From NCBI GenBank assembly GCA_030390025.1, contig JASTWF010000034.1:2790001-2854000 (forward strand): DNA of 64,000 nucleotides. The letters run 5' to 3'. A model generated the notes under the pieces. The model was not told the DNA's origin, searched no databases, and saw only the letters and a program-made list of their open reading frames with translations. This document shows, in pieces, positions 37,330-51,025 of this stretch (its first letter is position 1; each line of letters starts with the position of its first letter). This DNA comes from Squalus acanthias. Its lineage: Eukaryota. Both the position numbers and the translations under genes were made by a program.

Positions 37330-40300
37330 CCTGCACGTTTAGAGATTTGGTCACACCGCAGGCAAAGGATGCACAGGCAGGAAGTAAATGGGTGACCATC
37401 AGGCAGAGTAAGAGGTGCCGGCAGGCAGTGCAGGGGTCCCCTGTGGACATCCCAATCTCAAACAGATATACCACTTTGAATACTGTTGGGGGGGATGACT
37501 TATCAGGGGAAGGCAGCAGCAGCCAACTTCCTGGCACCATGGGTGGCTCTGCTGCAGAGGCTGGGAGGAAAAAGAGTGGAAGAGCTATAGTGATAGGGGA
37601 CTCAATTGTAACGGGAATAGACAGACGTTTCTGCGGCCGCAACCGAGACTCCAGGATGGTGTGTTGGCTCCCTGGTGCAAGGGTCAAGGACGTCTCGGAG
37701 TGGCTACAGAACATTTTGGAGGGGGAGGGCGAACGGGCAGCTGTCGTGGTGCACATAGGCACCAACGATATAGGTAAAAAAGAGGATGAGGTCCTAAACG
37801 CAGAATATAGGGAGTTAGGAGGTAAATTAAAAAATAGGACCTCAAAGGTAGTAATCTCAGGATTGCTACCAGTGTCCCTTGCTAGTCAGAGTAGAAATAG
37901 GAGGATATTTCAAATGAATACGTGGCTAGTGGAATGGTGCAAGGGGGAGGGATTCAAATTCCTGGGACATTGGAACCAGTTCTGGGGGAGGTGGGACCAG
38001 TACAAACCGGACGGTCTCCACCTGGGCAGGGCCGGGACCGCTGTCCTAGGGGGAGAATTTGCTACTGCTGTTGGGGAGGGTTTAAACTAAAGTGGAAGGG
38101 GGTTGGGCACCTGAGCACGGAGACAGAGGAAAGCGTGTCAGGAAGGGACAGAAGGTATGGAGTAAAAGGTAAAGTGTTATAAAAGGAAAAAGCAGGAACT
38201 AAATGTCACAAAACATATTTGAAAGTTCTTTATCTGAATGCACGTAGCATTCGTAACAAAATGGACGAGTTAACGGCACAAATAACTACGTATGGGTATG
38301 ATCTTGTGGCCATTACAGAAACATGGCTGCAGGGTGACAACGACTGGGAATTAAATATGCCAGGGTATTGAACAATTAGGAAGGACAGGCAGGAAGGAAG
38401 GGGAGGTGGGGTGGCTATGTTAATAAAGGAAGGAATCACTGTAATACAGAGAAATGATATTGGGTCAAAGGATCAGGATAATGAAACAGTTTGGGCGGAG
38501 ATAAGGAATAATAAGGGGAAAAACACACTAGTGGGAGTAGTATATAGGCCTCCTAATAGTTGCAACTCCACTGGAAGAAGTAGTAAATGAGAAATAGTTG
38601 GGGCATGTAATAAGGGAACAGCTATAATTATGGGGGATTTTAACTATCATATTAACTGGACAAATCAAATTGGGCAGGGCAGCCTTGAAGAAGAGTTTAT
38701 TGAGTGTATTGGGGATGGATTTCTTGAGCAGTACTTAACTAATCCTACAAGGGGGCAAAAACCTTGCAACTGGTCCTGTGTAATGAGTCAGGATTAATTA
38801 ATAATGTCCTCGTTAAGGATCCCCTTGGAATGAGTGACCATAACATGGTTGAATTCCATATCCAATTAGAGGGTGAGAAGGTTGGTTCTCAAACAAGCGT
38901 ACTGGGCTTGAATAAAGGAGACTATGATGGTATGAGAGCGGAATTGATTAAAGTGGACTGGTAAAATAGATTAAAGGGTAAGACGGTACATGAGCAGTGG
39001 TATTCATTCAAGGAGTTATTTTACAACTTTCAAAAAAAAAATATTCCACTGAGGAAAAAAGGGTGTAGAAGAAATGCCAGCCATCCGTGGCTAAGTAAAG
39101 AAATTAAGGATAGTATGCGAATAAAAACAAAGACGTGTAAGGTTGCCAAACTTAGTGGGAGGATAGAAGATTGGGAAGTCTTCAAAAAAGAGCAAAAAGT
39201 AACTAAAGGATTGATTAAGAAAGGGAAGATAGATTATGAAAATAAATTAGCAAAAAATATAAAAACCGATAGCAAGAGTTTCTATAGTTATATAAAAAGA
39301 AAAAGGGTGTTAAGGCAAACGTAGGTCCCTTAGAGGATGGGACCGGGAAATTAGTGGTGGGAAACATGGAGATGGCAGAAATTCTCAACAAATATTTTGC
39401 TTCAATCTTTACGGTAGAGGACACTAAGAATATCCCAGCACTGGACAAACAGGGGGCTCTAGTGGGGGAGGAGCTAAATACGATTAAAATCACTAAGAAA
39501 TTGGTACTCAGTAAAATAATGGGACTGAAGGCGGATAAATCCCCTGGACCTGATGGCTTACATCCTAGGGTCTTGAGGGAAGTGGCAGTAGGGATTGTGG
39601 ATGCTTTGGTAATAATTTTCCAAAATTCCCTGGACTCAGCAAAGGTCCTGGCAGATTGGAAAACTGCTATTGCAACACCCTGATTTAAAAAGGGTCGTAG
39701 GCAGAAGGCTGGAAATTATAGATCAGTTAGCCTATCATATGCGGTGGGTAAAATTTTGGAGTCTATTATTAAGGAGACAGTAACGGAACATTTAGATAAA
39801 CATAATTTAATAGGACAAAGTCAGCATGGCTTTATGAAGGGGAAGTCATGTCTGACAAATTTGCTTGAGTTATTTGAGGACATAACGTACAGGGTGGATA
39901 AAGGGGAACCAGTGGACGTAGTGTATTTAGACTTCCAGAAGGCATTCGACAAGGTGCCACATAAAAGATTATTGCTCAAGATAAAAAATCACTGGATTGG
40001 GGGTAATATTCTGGCATGGGTGGAGGATTGGTTATCTAACAGGAAGCAGAGAGTTGGGATAAATGGTTCATTCTTGGACTGGCAACCAGTAGCCAGTGGT
40101 GTTTCGCAGGGGTCGGTGCTGGGTCCACAACTCTTTACAATCTATATTAACGATTTGGAGGAGGGGACCGAGTGTAACATATCAAAGTTTGCACATGAAA
40201 GAAAGATGGGAGGGAAAGTAGAAAGTGAGGAGGACATAAAAAACCTACAAGAGGATATAGACAGGCTGGGTGAGTGGGCGGAGATTTGGCAGATGCAAAA

Positions 40301-41220
40301 CAATATTGGAAAATGTGAGGTTATGCACTTTGGCAGGAAAAATCAGAGAGCAAGTTATTATCTTAATGGCGAGAAACTGGAAAGTACTGCAGTACAAAGG
40401 GATCTGGGGGTCTTGGTGCAAGAAAATCAAAAAGTTAGTATGCAGGTGCAGCAGGTGATCAAGAAGGCCAACGGAATGTTGGCTTTTATTGCTAGGGGGA
40501 TAGATTATAAAAACAGGGAGGTATTGCTGCAGTTATATAAGGTATTGGTGAGACCGCACCTGGAATACTGCATACAGTTTTCGTGTCCATACTTAAGAAA
40601 ATACATACTTGCTCTCGAGGCAGTACAAAGAAGGTTCACTCGGTTAATCCCGGGGATGAGGGGATGGACATATGAGGAGAGGTTGAGTAGATTGGGACTC
40701 TACTCATTGGAGTTCAGAAGAATGAGAGTCGATCTTATTGAAACATATAAGATTGTGAAGGGGCTTGACCGGGTGGATGCGGTAAGGATGTTCCCAAGGA
40801 TGTGTGAAACTAGAACTAGGGGGCATAATCTTCGAATAAGAGGCTGCTCTTACAAAACTGAGATGAGGAGAAACTTCTTCACTCAGAGGGTAGTAGGTCT
40901 GTGGAATTTGCTGCCCCAGGAAGCTGTGGAAGCTACATCATTAAATAAATTTAAAACAGAAATAGACAGTTTCCTAGAAGTAAAGGGAATTAGGGGTTAC
41001 GGGGAACAGGCAGGAAATTGGACATGAGGCTGAGTTCGGATCGCTCAAGGCCCTGTGGGTGGCGGAGCGGGCCCAGGGGCTGAGTGGCCGGGTCCTGCTC
41101 CTACTTCTTGTGTTCTTTAGATTTGAGGTTAGGATAAGTTCATCCATGATCTTATTGAATGGCAGAGCAGGCTCGAGGGGCCGATTGGCCTACTCCTGCT
41201 GCTATTTCTTATGTTCTTAT
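37330..41220 (+). mobile_element. Near full-length CR1 (ORF1 esterase to 38090; ORF2 with several stops)
   Basis: GDSIV, HIGTND, DGLHL; LNARSI, ITETWL, SDHNMV; 427-aa RT ORF with FADD changed to FAHE; tail ttcttatgttcttatgt. Confidence 0.95.
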
Positions 41221-41446
41221 GTATACTATACCCGTGACACTCCCCCTGTATACTATACACGTGACACCCCCTGTATACTATACACGTGACAATCCCCTGT
41301 ATACTATACCACTGTAACATCCCCCTGTATACTTTACCCCGTGACACTCCCCCTGTATACTTTACCCCTGTGACACCAACACTGTATACTGCACACCTGT
41401 CACAATCCCCAGTATAGTTAACCCCCGTGATACACCCTGTATACTG

Positions 41447-42790
41447 AAAGCACGGGAGCAGAGCGAGAGCGCCAAAACCCGGGAGAGTTCAAAAGCAGCG
41501 GGACCAGAGCGAGAGCGCCAAAACCTGGGAGAGTTCAAAAGCAGACGGGAGCAGAGCGAGAGCGCCAAAACCCGGGAGAGTTCAAACCCCGGGAACAGAG
41601 CGAGAGCACCAAAACCCGGGACAGTTCAAAAGCAGCGGGAGAGTTCAAAAGCAGCGGGAACAGAGGGAGAGCGCCAAAACACGGGAGAGTTCAAACCCCG
41701 GGAACAGAGCGGGAGCGACAAAACCCGGGCCAGTTCAAACCCCGGGAACAGAGCGAGAGCGCCAAAACCCGGGAGAGTTCAAAAGCAGCGGGAGCGGAGC
41801 GAGAGCGCCAAAACCCGGGAGAGTTCAAAAGCAGCGGGAGCAGAGCGAGAGCGCCAAAACCCGGGAGAGTTCAAAACCCGGGAGAGTTCAAAACCCGGGA
41901 GTGTTCAAAACCCCGGGAACAGAGTGAGAGCGCCAAAACCCGGGAGAGTTCAAAAGCAATGCGTACAGAGCGAGAGCGTCAAAACCCGGGAGAGTTCAAA
42001 ACCCGGGAACAGAGCGAGAGCGCCAAAACCCGGGAGAGTTCAAAAGCAATGCGTACAGAGCGAGAGCGTCAAAACCCGGGAGAGTTCAAAAGCAGCGGGA
42101 GCAGAGCGAGAGCGCCAAAACCTGGGACAGTTCAAACCCCGGGAACAGAGCGAGAGCACCAAAATCCGGGAGAGTTCAAAAGCAGCGGGAGAGTTCAAAA
42201 GCAGCGGGAACACAGCGAGAGCGTTAAAACCCGGGAGAGTTCAAAAGCAGCGGGAACAGAGGGAGAGCGGCAAAACCCGGGAGAGTTCAAACCCCGGGAA
42301 CAGAGCGAGAGCGCCAAAACCCGGGACAGTTCAAACCCCGGGAACAGAGCGAGAGCGCCAAAACCCGGGAGAGTTCAAAAGCAGCGGGAGCAGAGCGAGA
42401 GCGCCAAAACCCGGGAGAGTTCAAAAGCAGCGGGAGCAGAGCGAGAGCGCCAAAACCCGGGAGAGTTCAAAACTCGGGAGTGTTAAAAACCCGGGAACAG
42501 AGTGAGAGCGCCAAAACCCGGGAGAGTTCAAAACACAGGAACAGAGCGAGAGCGCCAAAACCCAGGAGTGTTCAAAACCCGGGAACAGAGCGAGAGCGCC
42601 AAAACCCGGGAGAGTTCAAAACCCGGGAACAGAGCGAGAGCGCCAAAACCCGGGAGAGTTCAAAAGCAACGCGTGCAGAGCGAGAGCGTCAAAACCCGGG
42701 AGAGTTCAAAACCCGGGAACAGAGCGAGAGCGCCAAAACCCGGGAGAGTACAAAACCAGGAGAACAGAGGGAGAGTTGAAAACCCGGGAG
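41447..42790. repeat. 43-46-bp GC-rich tandem array, roughly 28-30 units
   Basis: Unit gagcgagagcgccaaaacccgggagagttcaaaa(gcagc)gggaaca. Confidence 0.95.
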
Positions 42791-43420
42791 ACGCTGAGAT
42801 ACAACGGACCGGTGAGTGTGAAGAAGTAAAAAAGTAATCGAAGTGTGACGTCACAAGAGAACAGGTAAGTGATTGGTTGGTGAGTATTTCTCTATTTCTC
42901 GCTTTTTTATAACTTGAGCGTCTAAATTTAAGTGCCTTGTTGTAGATTAAAAGATAAAAAGCCACCCAAATTTTAAAACTAATTAATTATTTGAGATGGG
43001 AGACCAGGCAATGTGTTGTTGTTGTTGCATGTCGGAGCTCTTGGACACCATTGAGGTCCAGGGCGACCAAATCTGCAGCAAATGTTGGCTGCTCGATGAA
43101 TTTCGGATCAGAGTTGATGAGCTGGAGTCCGAGCTCCAGACACTGCGACACATTAGGGAGGTGGAGCATTACCTGGACACTATGTTCCAGGAGGCATTCA
43201 CACCCACTAGAATAATTACTTCCAATTTGGCCCATGGTCAGGGACAGGAAGGTGTGACTACAAGCGAGGTAGGTATTGGTTTCCAAGAGGAAGTGGTGGA
43301 GGAGCTTCAGCCCTAGGCCTTGTCCAACAGGTGCGAGATTCTTGCTCCCTGTGTGAACGAGGCCAGGGACGGCAGGGAGGATGAGCAAACTGACTACTGC
43401 ATCGTAGTACAGGGAGCAGT
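42791..43420 (+). mobile_element. CR1 5' UTR and ORF1 N-terminus (zinc finger plus leucine zipper)
   Basis: CCCCM...ICSKCWLLDEFRIRVDELESELQTLR; TGACGTCA and splice-donor-like caggtaagt upstream. Confidence 0.75.
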
Positions 43421-46400
43421 TTGGTGGAACAGTGCAGAGGGAGATTTACTCTGTATCTAACCTGTGCTGGATCTGCCCTTGGAGTGTTTGATGTGACAGT
43501 GTAGAGGGAGATTTACTCTGTATCTAATGCGTGCTGTACCTGCCCTGGGACTGTTTGATGCGACAGTGTAGAGGGAGCTTTAATCTTTATCCAACACGTG
43601 CTGTACCTGCCCTGGGAGTGTTTGAGTGTCTCACTCCCTCTCTCTCTCTCTCCATCTCGTTCCCTCTCTCTGTCCATCTCGCTCCCTCTGTCTTTCTCTT
43701 TCTCAATGTCTATCCATCTGTCCCTCTCTTTCGCTGTTTCCTCTCTCTGCTACCGTCCATGTCCTCATCTCTCTCTCCCTCGTCTTCTCTTCTGCCAACA
43801 CACTATCTCTATCCCTACTTCTCTCCTTCTCCCTGTCCATCTTTCTTTTTTACTCTCTCCCTCTCTCTCTGTTCCCACTATATTTTTTTCTTGATTGAAA
43901 AGTACCCTGAAGTATTTCAGCCTGACTGTTTAAAATAACAACAATAAATCACATTTTTGAGACATTTTTTATATCTTAAATATAGGGCTCCGAATTTGAT
44001 GGCTATATCTAGTTTCTCTATCTGAAAGATTTGAGTGCTTAACATTGAATAGGATGTGGGTACAGAGAATGTTTCAGATATTCCTGCATTGTGGAACGGT
44101 GTGAGATCTTTGCAGATGCAGGAAATGGGATTGTTGAAAGGAGATGGGGATTTTTGTTTGGTTGAATAAGCTGAGAATTAGATCTTGTCTGAATAACTTC
44201 AAACTGATCAAACACATGAAGGAACTATAGATGGGGGTAATACACAAACCTGAGACCCCAGACAAGGGCCGAAGGAAGGTTTGTTCACAGATTAACCATT
44301 CTCCAGGCTGATAGTTTCGGGATGATATCATTCTGGAGGCCTGGGCAAACATACAGAAAGCAGGAGTTCAAATCCCTCCCTGGGCTGTTGTCAATTTGAA
44401 TTATTTCTTACTAAATAAAATAAATCTGGAATACAACAGATTTCTATGATTCTATGAAAGTACCAATCTCATTCACAGGTCGGCTCTTGAGAGCGTCGAT
44501 TAGTTCTGGAGGTCAAACCAATGACTCATTCCTGCAGCACCGAGCATAAACACACTAGACCACAATGATAGACCATTTTGTAACAGGCATTCGCTGGAAA
44601 TTCACAAACAGGCATATTTTAATTTTAAATTTAAATTTGAGGGATTTTTTTTTGCAGGACGGGGGCAATATATATTTACGGTTTTCTGAATATGAAGTTG
44701 TGTTAAGAGACATTAGCAAAGCCCTAAAAAGGAACCCGTTATCATCCACGCACGTTTAAGTGGTGGATTGATCCAGTATTATCACACGTTCGGTGTAATT
44801 GGGTCATAGGTTTAAATCTGCATTAATTCTTTTAAAAAATTAAGGCGACAGCCGTCTTAAAAATAAATATTAAATTAACCATGTGCATTGCAGAGCACGT
44901 GGTGAGTGAGCATTGAAATATTTACTGGTCACAGATATCAAGTTTTGAAATATTGGCTATATTTTTGGTGGTTGGAGAGAAAGAGGCAAAAAAAGGCATC
45001 AAATTAAAGCTGTTTATTTTGATGCTGATCACAATAACTGGCCTGTTGCCGGGTTTGGGGTTGGGGTGAAAAGACGTGGCCTTCTTCCCCTGGCCATGCT
45101 TCCCCTCCACACCCAAAAAGCCCTCCACGCAAACATCGGGGTATAAATCTCACCACCAACGCTGGGCTTTGGGCCAGAGACACAAGCAGAGATAAAGTCT
45201 TCCAGTAGGCAGGGCCTCGGGGGTGTGGGGGGAAAATGGAGGCCCAGGAGCCCTAGATCAAGAGCAGTGCCCCCAGGGGTCGGCTCACCCACACACACGC
45301 CGAGGCCCGGCGTTAGAGGTAGTTTTAATAAAAAATCCAAAACGGAATAGCTCAACATAAAGGACTGTGTGGAAACAGCTTTAATCTCTATCTAAACCGT
45401 GATGTGTCTGCCCTGTGAATGTTTGATTAGGCGGTGTTGAGGGATCCCTATTTTGATCTAAGCGGTGCTGTAGCTACCGTGGGAGCTTTTACTCGGGCAG
45501 TGTAGAGGGAAATTTACTCTGTATATGTGCCGTGCTGTACCTGTCCTGTCAGGGATTGATGGAACAGTGCAAAAGGGAACTTTAATCTGTATCTAACCCA
45601 AGCTGTACCTGCCCTGGGAGTGTTTATGGGACAGTGTAGAGATAGCTTTAATCTGTATCTAACCCGTGCTGTACCTGTCCTGGGAGTGTTTGACGGGACT
45701 GTGTACAGGGAGCTTTACTCTTGGAGCAACTTCTTCTTTCAAAGCTGCAATGAGACTTGAGATTTTTAGTGACATTTTCACAATAAATGAGTGCTAAAAA
45801 TATTTTTTCCCCCTAAGTTTCTGAAATGTTTTTGGAAGAAACTGAAGCAGAAGTCAATTTCCCCTCACCTAAACAAATTTCAACCAGGTCTTGAAGTCCA
45901 AACGTTTTTAAAGAGGCTCTGAACAGCTTAAAATGTTTTATAATTGAAATTTCTCAATATTTGATTTTGAGTGTTCAAGTGAAGTGTGAAGCTTTACACA
46001 AACATGCAACCATGCTGTTGAGGAGGGGGAGGGCAGGGGAGGGTTTGTAGGAGTTACATATTATTTTTAAATGAAATTTTAAAAATACAATTAAGACATT
46101 TAGGAAGAGAACCAAAAAAGGGGAAAAACACAAACATTTTATTTTGTCTGTCGCTCTTTTGTCCTAACAAGTCGCAGGAATAATGGAAATATAGATTGCA
46201 TCTTAAACATTTAGTGGAGTGTTAACAGAAACAAGTGTTATGTAATGAAGTATAAAAATTACAGGATGCTACTTTAGAAGAAACCACTCTTTGTTTATTG
46301 AGAAAGACACATAAAGTACTTTGATTAAACTGATAACGTACAATTCGATTTGGTTTGAATGTTTGAAATAGGAGATACAGAATTGAGAGAACAATGAAGT

Positions 46401-46894
46401 TTGTTTCCCGCTTTTAATTGGGAAGTACCTAAAATAATTCAACACTTTTCATGATAAGAGCATGAATAATATTGTGGAGAATGATTGAGAGAAAAACATT
46501 ACAAGCGAAATTGGTAAATTATAAATCTTTACATCAACATAAGAGTAAACATTTCCAAGTCAGTCTGACTGGTTCTCCTGTCCAGAAAAAAATACAAATG
46601 TTTATTTCTGTTAAATCACAGCTTTTCCTGCTTTTTGTTTATAATTCTGTGACGCAAATTGTGTATGTATTTTTCTGCAATTGTGAATAAGTGCTGCATT
46701 TCTGACCGGTTATATGGTGGTTGTGCTGGTTCAAGAAGACCACGTTTATTAATGGAAGTGATTGAAGTTGGAAAATACGGATACCCGTTTTGTTCAGTGC
46801 TTTTTAATACTGCCAATTAAAGAACTACAACACTTTATATTTGTTGATTGTCTGGTTGCATTGCGATTAATCTAATAACTTAAGTGGACATAAT

Positions 46895-47513
46895 ATGTGG
46901 ATGGAATATAATGCTGAGAAATATGAAGTTATCCACTTTGGCAGGAAAAGCAGAGTATTTTTAAAATGGTGAGAGATTGGGAAATGTTGGTATTCAGAGG
47001 AATCTGGGTTTCCTTGTACAAGAAACACTGAAAGTTTACGTGCAGGTACAGCAAGCAATTAGGAAAGCAAATTGTATGTTGGCCTTTATTACAAGAGCAT
47101 TTACGTATAAGGGTAAAGAAGTCTTACTGCAATTATATAGGGCCCTGATGAGACCACACCTGGAGTATTGTGTACAGTTTTGGTCTCTTTACCGAAGGAA
47201 GCATATACTTGCCGTAGGGGGAGTGCAACAAAGGTTCACCAGACTGGTTCCTGGGATGGGGAGATTGCCCCTGAGGAGAGATAGAGTAGACTAGGCTTAT
47301 ATTCTCTAGGGTTTAGAAGAATGAGAGGTAATCTCATTGATACATAAAAAATTCTGACAGGACTTGACAGGGTAGATGCAGGGAAGATCTTTCCCCTGGC
47401 TGGGGTGTCGAGAACAAGGGGTCACAGTCTCAGAATAAGGGGTCGACCATTTAGGACTGAGATGAAGAGAAATATCTTCACTCAGAGGGTGGTGAATCTT
47501 TGGAATTCTCTAT

Positions 47514-47520
<7 letters not shown>
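46895..47520 (+). mobile_element. CR1 3' fragment, part of an inverted duplication
   Basis: LMRPHLEYCVQFWS, RTRGHSL; cut by (GA)n. Confidence 0.88.
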
Positions 47521-47552
<32 letters not shown>

Positions 47553-48559
47553 TTAAACGATTCAATTTGTGGAGCGCAATCTGGCTGGTAAATCCAGTTT
47601 CTTTACCTGAAAGATTTGAGTTTTTAAAGTTGATCTAGGATATGGGATCAAGGGCTGCTCCCGACATTCCTGCATTGTGGAACCGTATGATATCTCTGCA
47701 GAGGCAGGAAATGGCATTGTTGAATGGAGGTGTAGATTTTGCCCAGGGCAGCATTCTGGCCAGGGACATGCTTTTTCTGATCTGTTGCATCCTGTGTAGA
47801 TCAGAAACAGGTAAAAGTGTTCATGATAATCACCCCAAAACAATGAAATGGTTAAACCATGTCTGGCCAACGCGAATTACTTCAAGCGCAGGAGATGGTG
47901 GAATATTCAAATCCCAAGGTTCCCAGACCAGATGAGGCAGCAGGTGTTGGCACACATTCTAGTTCTGTATCGCTTGTGTCTTTGGAGCAGTTTCAGTTTA
48001 ACTTTAAAATGTCTCTCTCAAATAATAGACCTGAGAGAGATCCTGTGAGAAATTGAGAACAGACATTCTGAGAGTTACAAAGATAGAGGTGTAGACATTT
48101 CAAGAAATACAAAATTATTACGTAATAAAGGAAAGGTACAGAGAGATACAGAAATATAAAACGAGATCGATATACAGAGAAGCACATAGAGAGAGAGGTA
48201 CAGAGATTTAAAGAAAACTGTAGAGATACAGAGATATAATTAAACGCATTAGAGATACAGGACACGAGTTTTTGTACAACCTGCGTGTGTGCTGCACTGG
48301 TCTCAGAATGTAGCCCAGGGACCTTCACCGTCTGTACCTCCAAATTTAAATAAAACATCTTTCATTCTCCTATTTCATCACTCCCAAATTCCCATATAAC
48401 CAGTGAGAGAAGCTGAGGACGAGAAAGCAGATACTGAGAAATATAAAGACAGAGATCAATAAAAAAGTAGAAAGATATATGGAGAGATTAAGGTGCAGAA
48501 AGAGATTAAAGGAGAGATGGAGAGAGAGAGGTACAGACAAAGATGGAGAACTAAAGATA

Positions 48560-48800
48560 AATATACGGGACGATTAAAATCGGGGATGCGCAAGAGGCCA
48601 GAATTGGAGGAGCGCAGAGATCTCAAAGGGCTGTGTGGACAGAGGAGGTTACAGCGATAGGGAGGGGCAAGGCGTACATTAAAATTGAAGCGTTGCCAGG
48701 CCGGGAGTTAATGTCGGTCAGCGACCACAGGGGTGATCGGTGAAAGGGATTTGGTGCGAGTTCGGACTACCAAAGGTTTGGATGAGGATTTCAGCAGCTC
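48560..48800 (-). mobile_element. L2-clade 3' fragment
   Basis: Similar to 9100-9200 (ggtcagcgaccacaggggtgat). Confidence 0.65.
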
Positions 48801-49255
48801 ATTCTTCAATTTCATATGAAACACTCGCTGGCATGTATGGCACAGGATAGATACAGATTAAAGCTGTCTCTACACTGTCCCATCAATCACTCACTGGGTC
48901 GGTACAGCATTGTGAGAAAAAGGTTAATGCTTTCACAATGCTACCCATAAAACACCAGCTGGGCAAGTACAGCACAGGTTAGATACAGATTAATGCTCCC
49001 TCTACGCTGTACCATCAAACACTCCCAGGGCATGTACAACACGGCTTAGATACAGATTAACGCTGTCTTTCAGACTGTCCCATCAAACACTCACACGGCA
49101 GGAACTGCACGGTTTAGATACAGATTAAAGCTGTCTTTCAGACTGTCCCATCAAACACTCACAGGTCGGGAACTGCATGGGTTATTTCCAAAGTAAAGAT
49201 CGCTTTACACTGTCCCATCAAACATTCACAGGGCAGTACAGCACAGTTGCGCTCT

Positions 49256-49298
<43 letters not shown>

Positions 49299-49629
49299 CC
49301 CCCCCCCTATTTCTCTCGCTCCCTCTTTTTCTGTCTCTCTGCATCTGTTATGACAGGTACAGCATGGGTTAGATAATTCTAACCTGCCCCATCAAATTTT
49401 TCCACAGCAGGTGCAGCACGTGTTCAAATACTCCCTGGGAAGTTCCTGCTACCCAGACCCAGCAAACACACCCAGCGCAAGTACAGCACAGGTTAGATAG
49501 AGAGGAATGCTCTGCCTACCCAGTCGCGTCAAACACTCCCAGGCAGGTACACCACGGGTTAGATACAGAGTAAAGCTACATCTTTCAGTGTGTGCGAGTG
49601 TAGATTTCAGTGTGTGTGCGTGTGTATAA

Positions 49630-51025
49630 TTACATAAGAAATAAGAAGTAGGAGCAGGAATAGGACATTTGGCCACTCGAGCCTGCTCTGCCATTCAATG
49701 AGACCATGGCTGATCTGATCTTGACCTGAATTCCACTTACCTGCCTGTTCCCCATAATCCTTGACTCCTCTGTATCTCAAATATCTGTCTATTTAATCTT
49801 TGAATATATTCACTGACTCCACCACCTCAGCTCTCTGGGGTAGAGAATTCTAAAGATTCACGACCCTCTGAGAGAAGAGGTTTCTTCTCATCTCCGTCTT
49901 AAATGGGCGACCCCTTAACCTGAAACTATGACCCCTCGTTCTAGATTTCCCCACAAGGGGAAACATCCTCTCAGCAGCTACCCTGTCAAGCCCCCTCAGT
50001 ATCTTATATATTTCAATAACATCACCTCTCATTCTTCTAAACGCCAACCTGCTCAACCTTTCCTCATAAGACAACCCTATAATCTCAGGAATCAACCGAG
50101 CGAACGTTCTCTGAACCCCCTCAAATGCAAATATATTGTTTCTTAAATAAGTTGAGCAAAACTGTACGCAGTACTCCAGGTGTGGTCTCTCCAACCATCT
50201 GTACAGTTGTAACAGGACTTCTCTACTTTTATACTCCATTCACGAGCAATAAAGCCCAACATTCCCAGATCCTTCTGTACCGCAGCATTCTGCAGTCTAT
50301 CTCCATTTAAATAATATTTTGCTTTTCTAATCTTCCTGCCAAAGTGGATAACCTCACATTTTCCCAAATTATACTACATCTGCCAATTTTTTGCCCACTC
50401 ACTTAACCTATCTATATCCCTTTGCAGACTTTTCGTGTCCGCCGAGCAACTTGCTTTCCCACCTATCTTTGTATCGTCAGCAAAATTGGCTACAGTACAC
50501 TCGCTTCCTTCATCAAAGTAATTAATATATATTGTAAATAGTTGAGGCCCCAGCACTAATCCCTGTGGCACCACACTAGTTCAAGTTTGCCAACCTGAAA
50601 AGGACCCATTTATCCCGACACTCTGTTTTCTGTTAGTTAGCCAATCCTCTACCAATGCTAATATATTACCCCCAACCCCGTGAGCTCTTAACTTGTGCAG
50701 TAACCTTTTATGTGGCACGTTATCGAATGCCTTTTGTAATTCCAAATACACCACATCCACTGGCACACCCTTGCTCGTTACATCCTCAAAGAACTCTAAT
50801 AAATTTGTTAAACATGATTTCCGATTCATAAAACCATGACGTCTCTGCTTGATTGTATTATGATATTCTAAGTGTCCTGCTACTACTCCCTTAATAATGG
50901 ATTCCAGTATTTTCATAATGACAGATGTCAAGCTAACTGGCCTGTAGTTCCCTGTTTACTCTCTCCCGTCTTTCTTGAATAGCAGTGTTACATGTGCGAC
51001 CTTCCAATCCGCTGGGACCGTTCTA
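49630..51025 (-). mobile_element. Degenerate CR1 RT and 3' end
   Basis: YLELQKAFDNVPH, FADDTKIGG, RTRGHSF; reverse tail cataagaaataag. Confidence 0.9.

Noticed and set aside
41924..42837. Repetitive ORFs (RAPKPGRVQ...)
   Set aside because: Translations of the tandem array; no domain evidence
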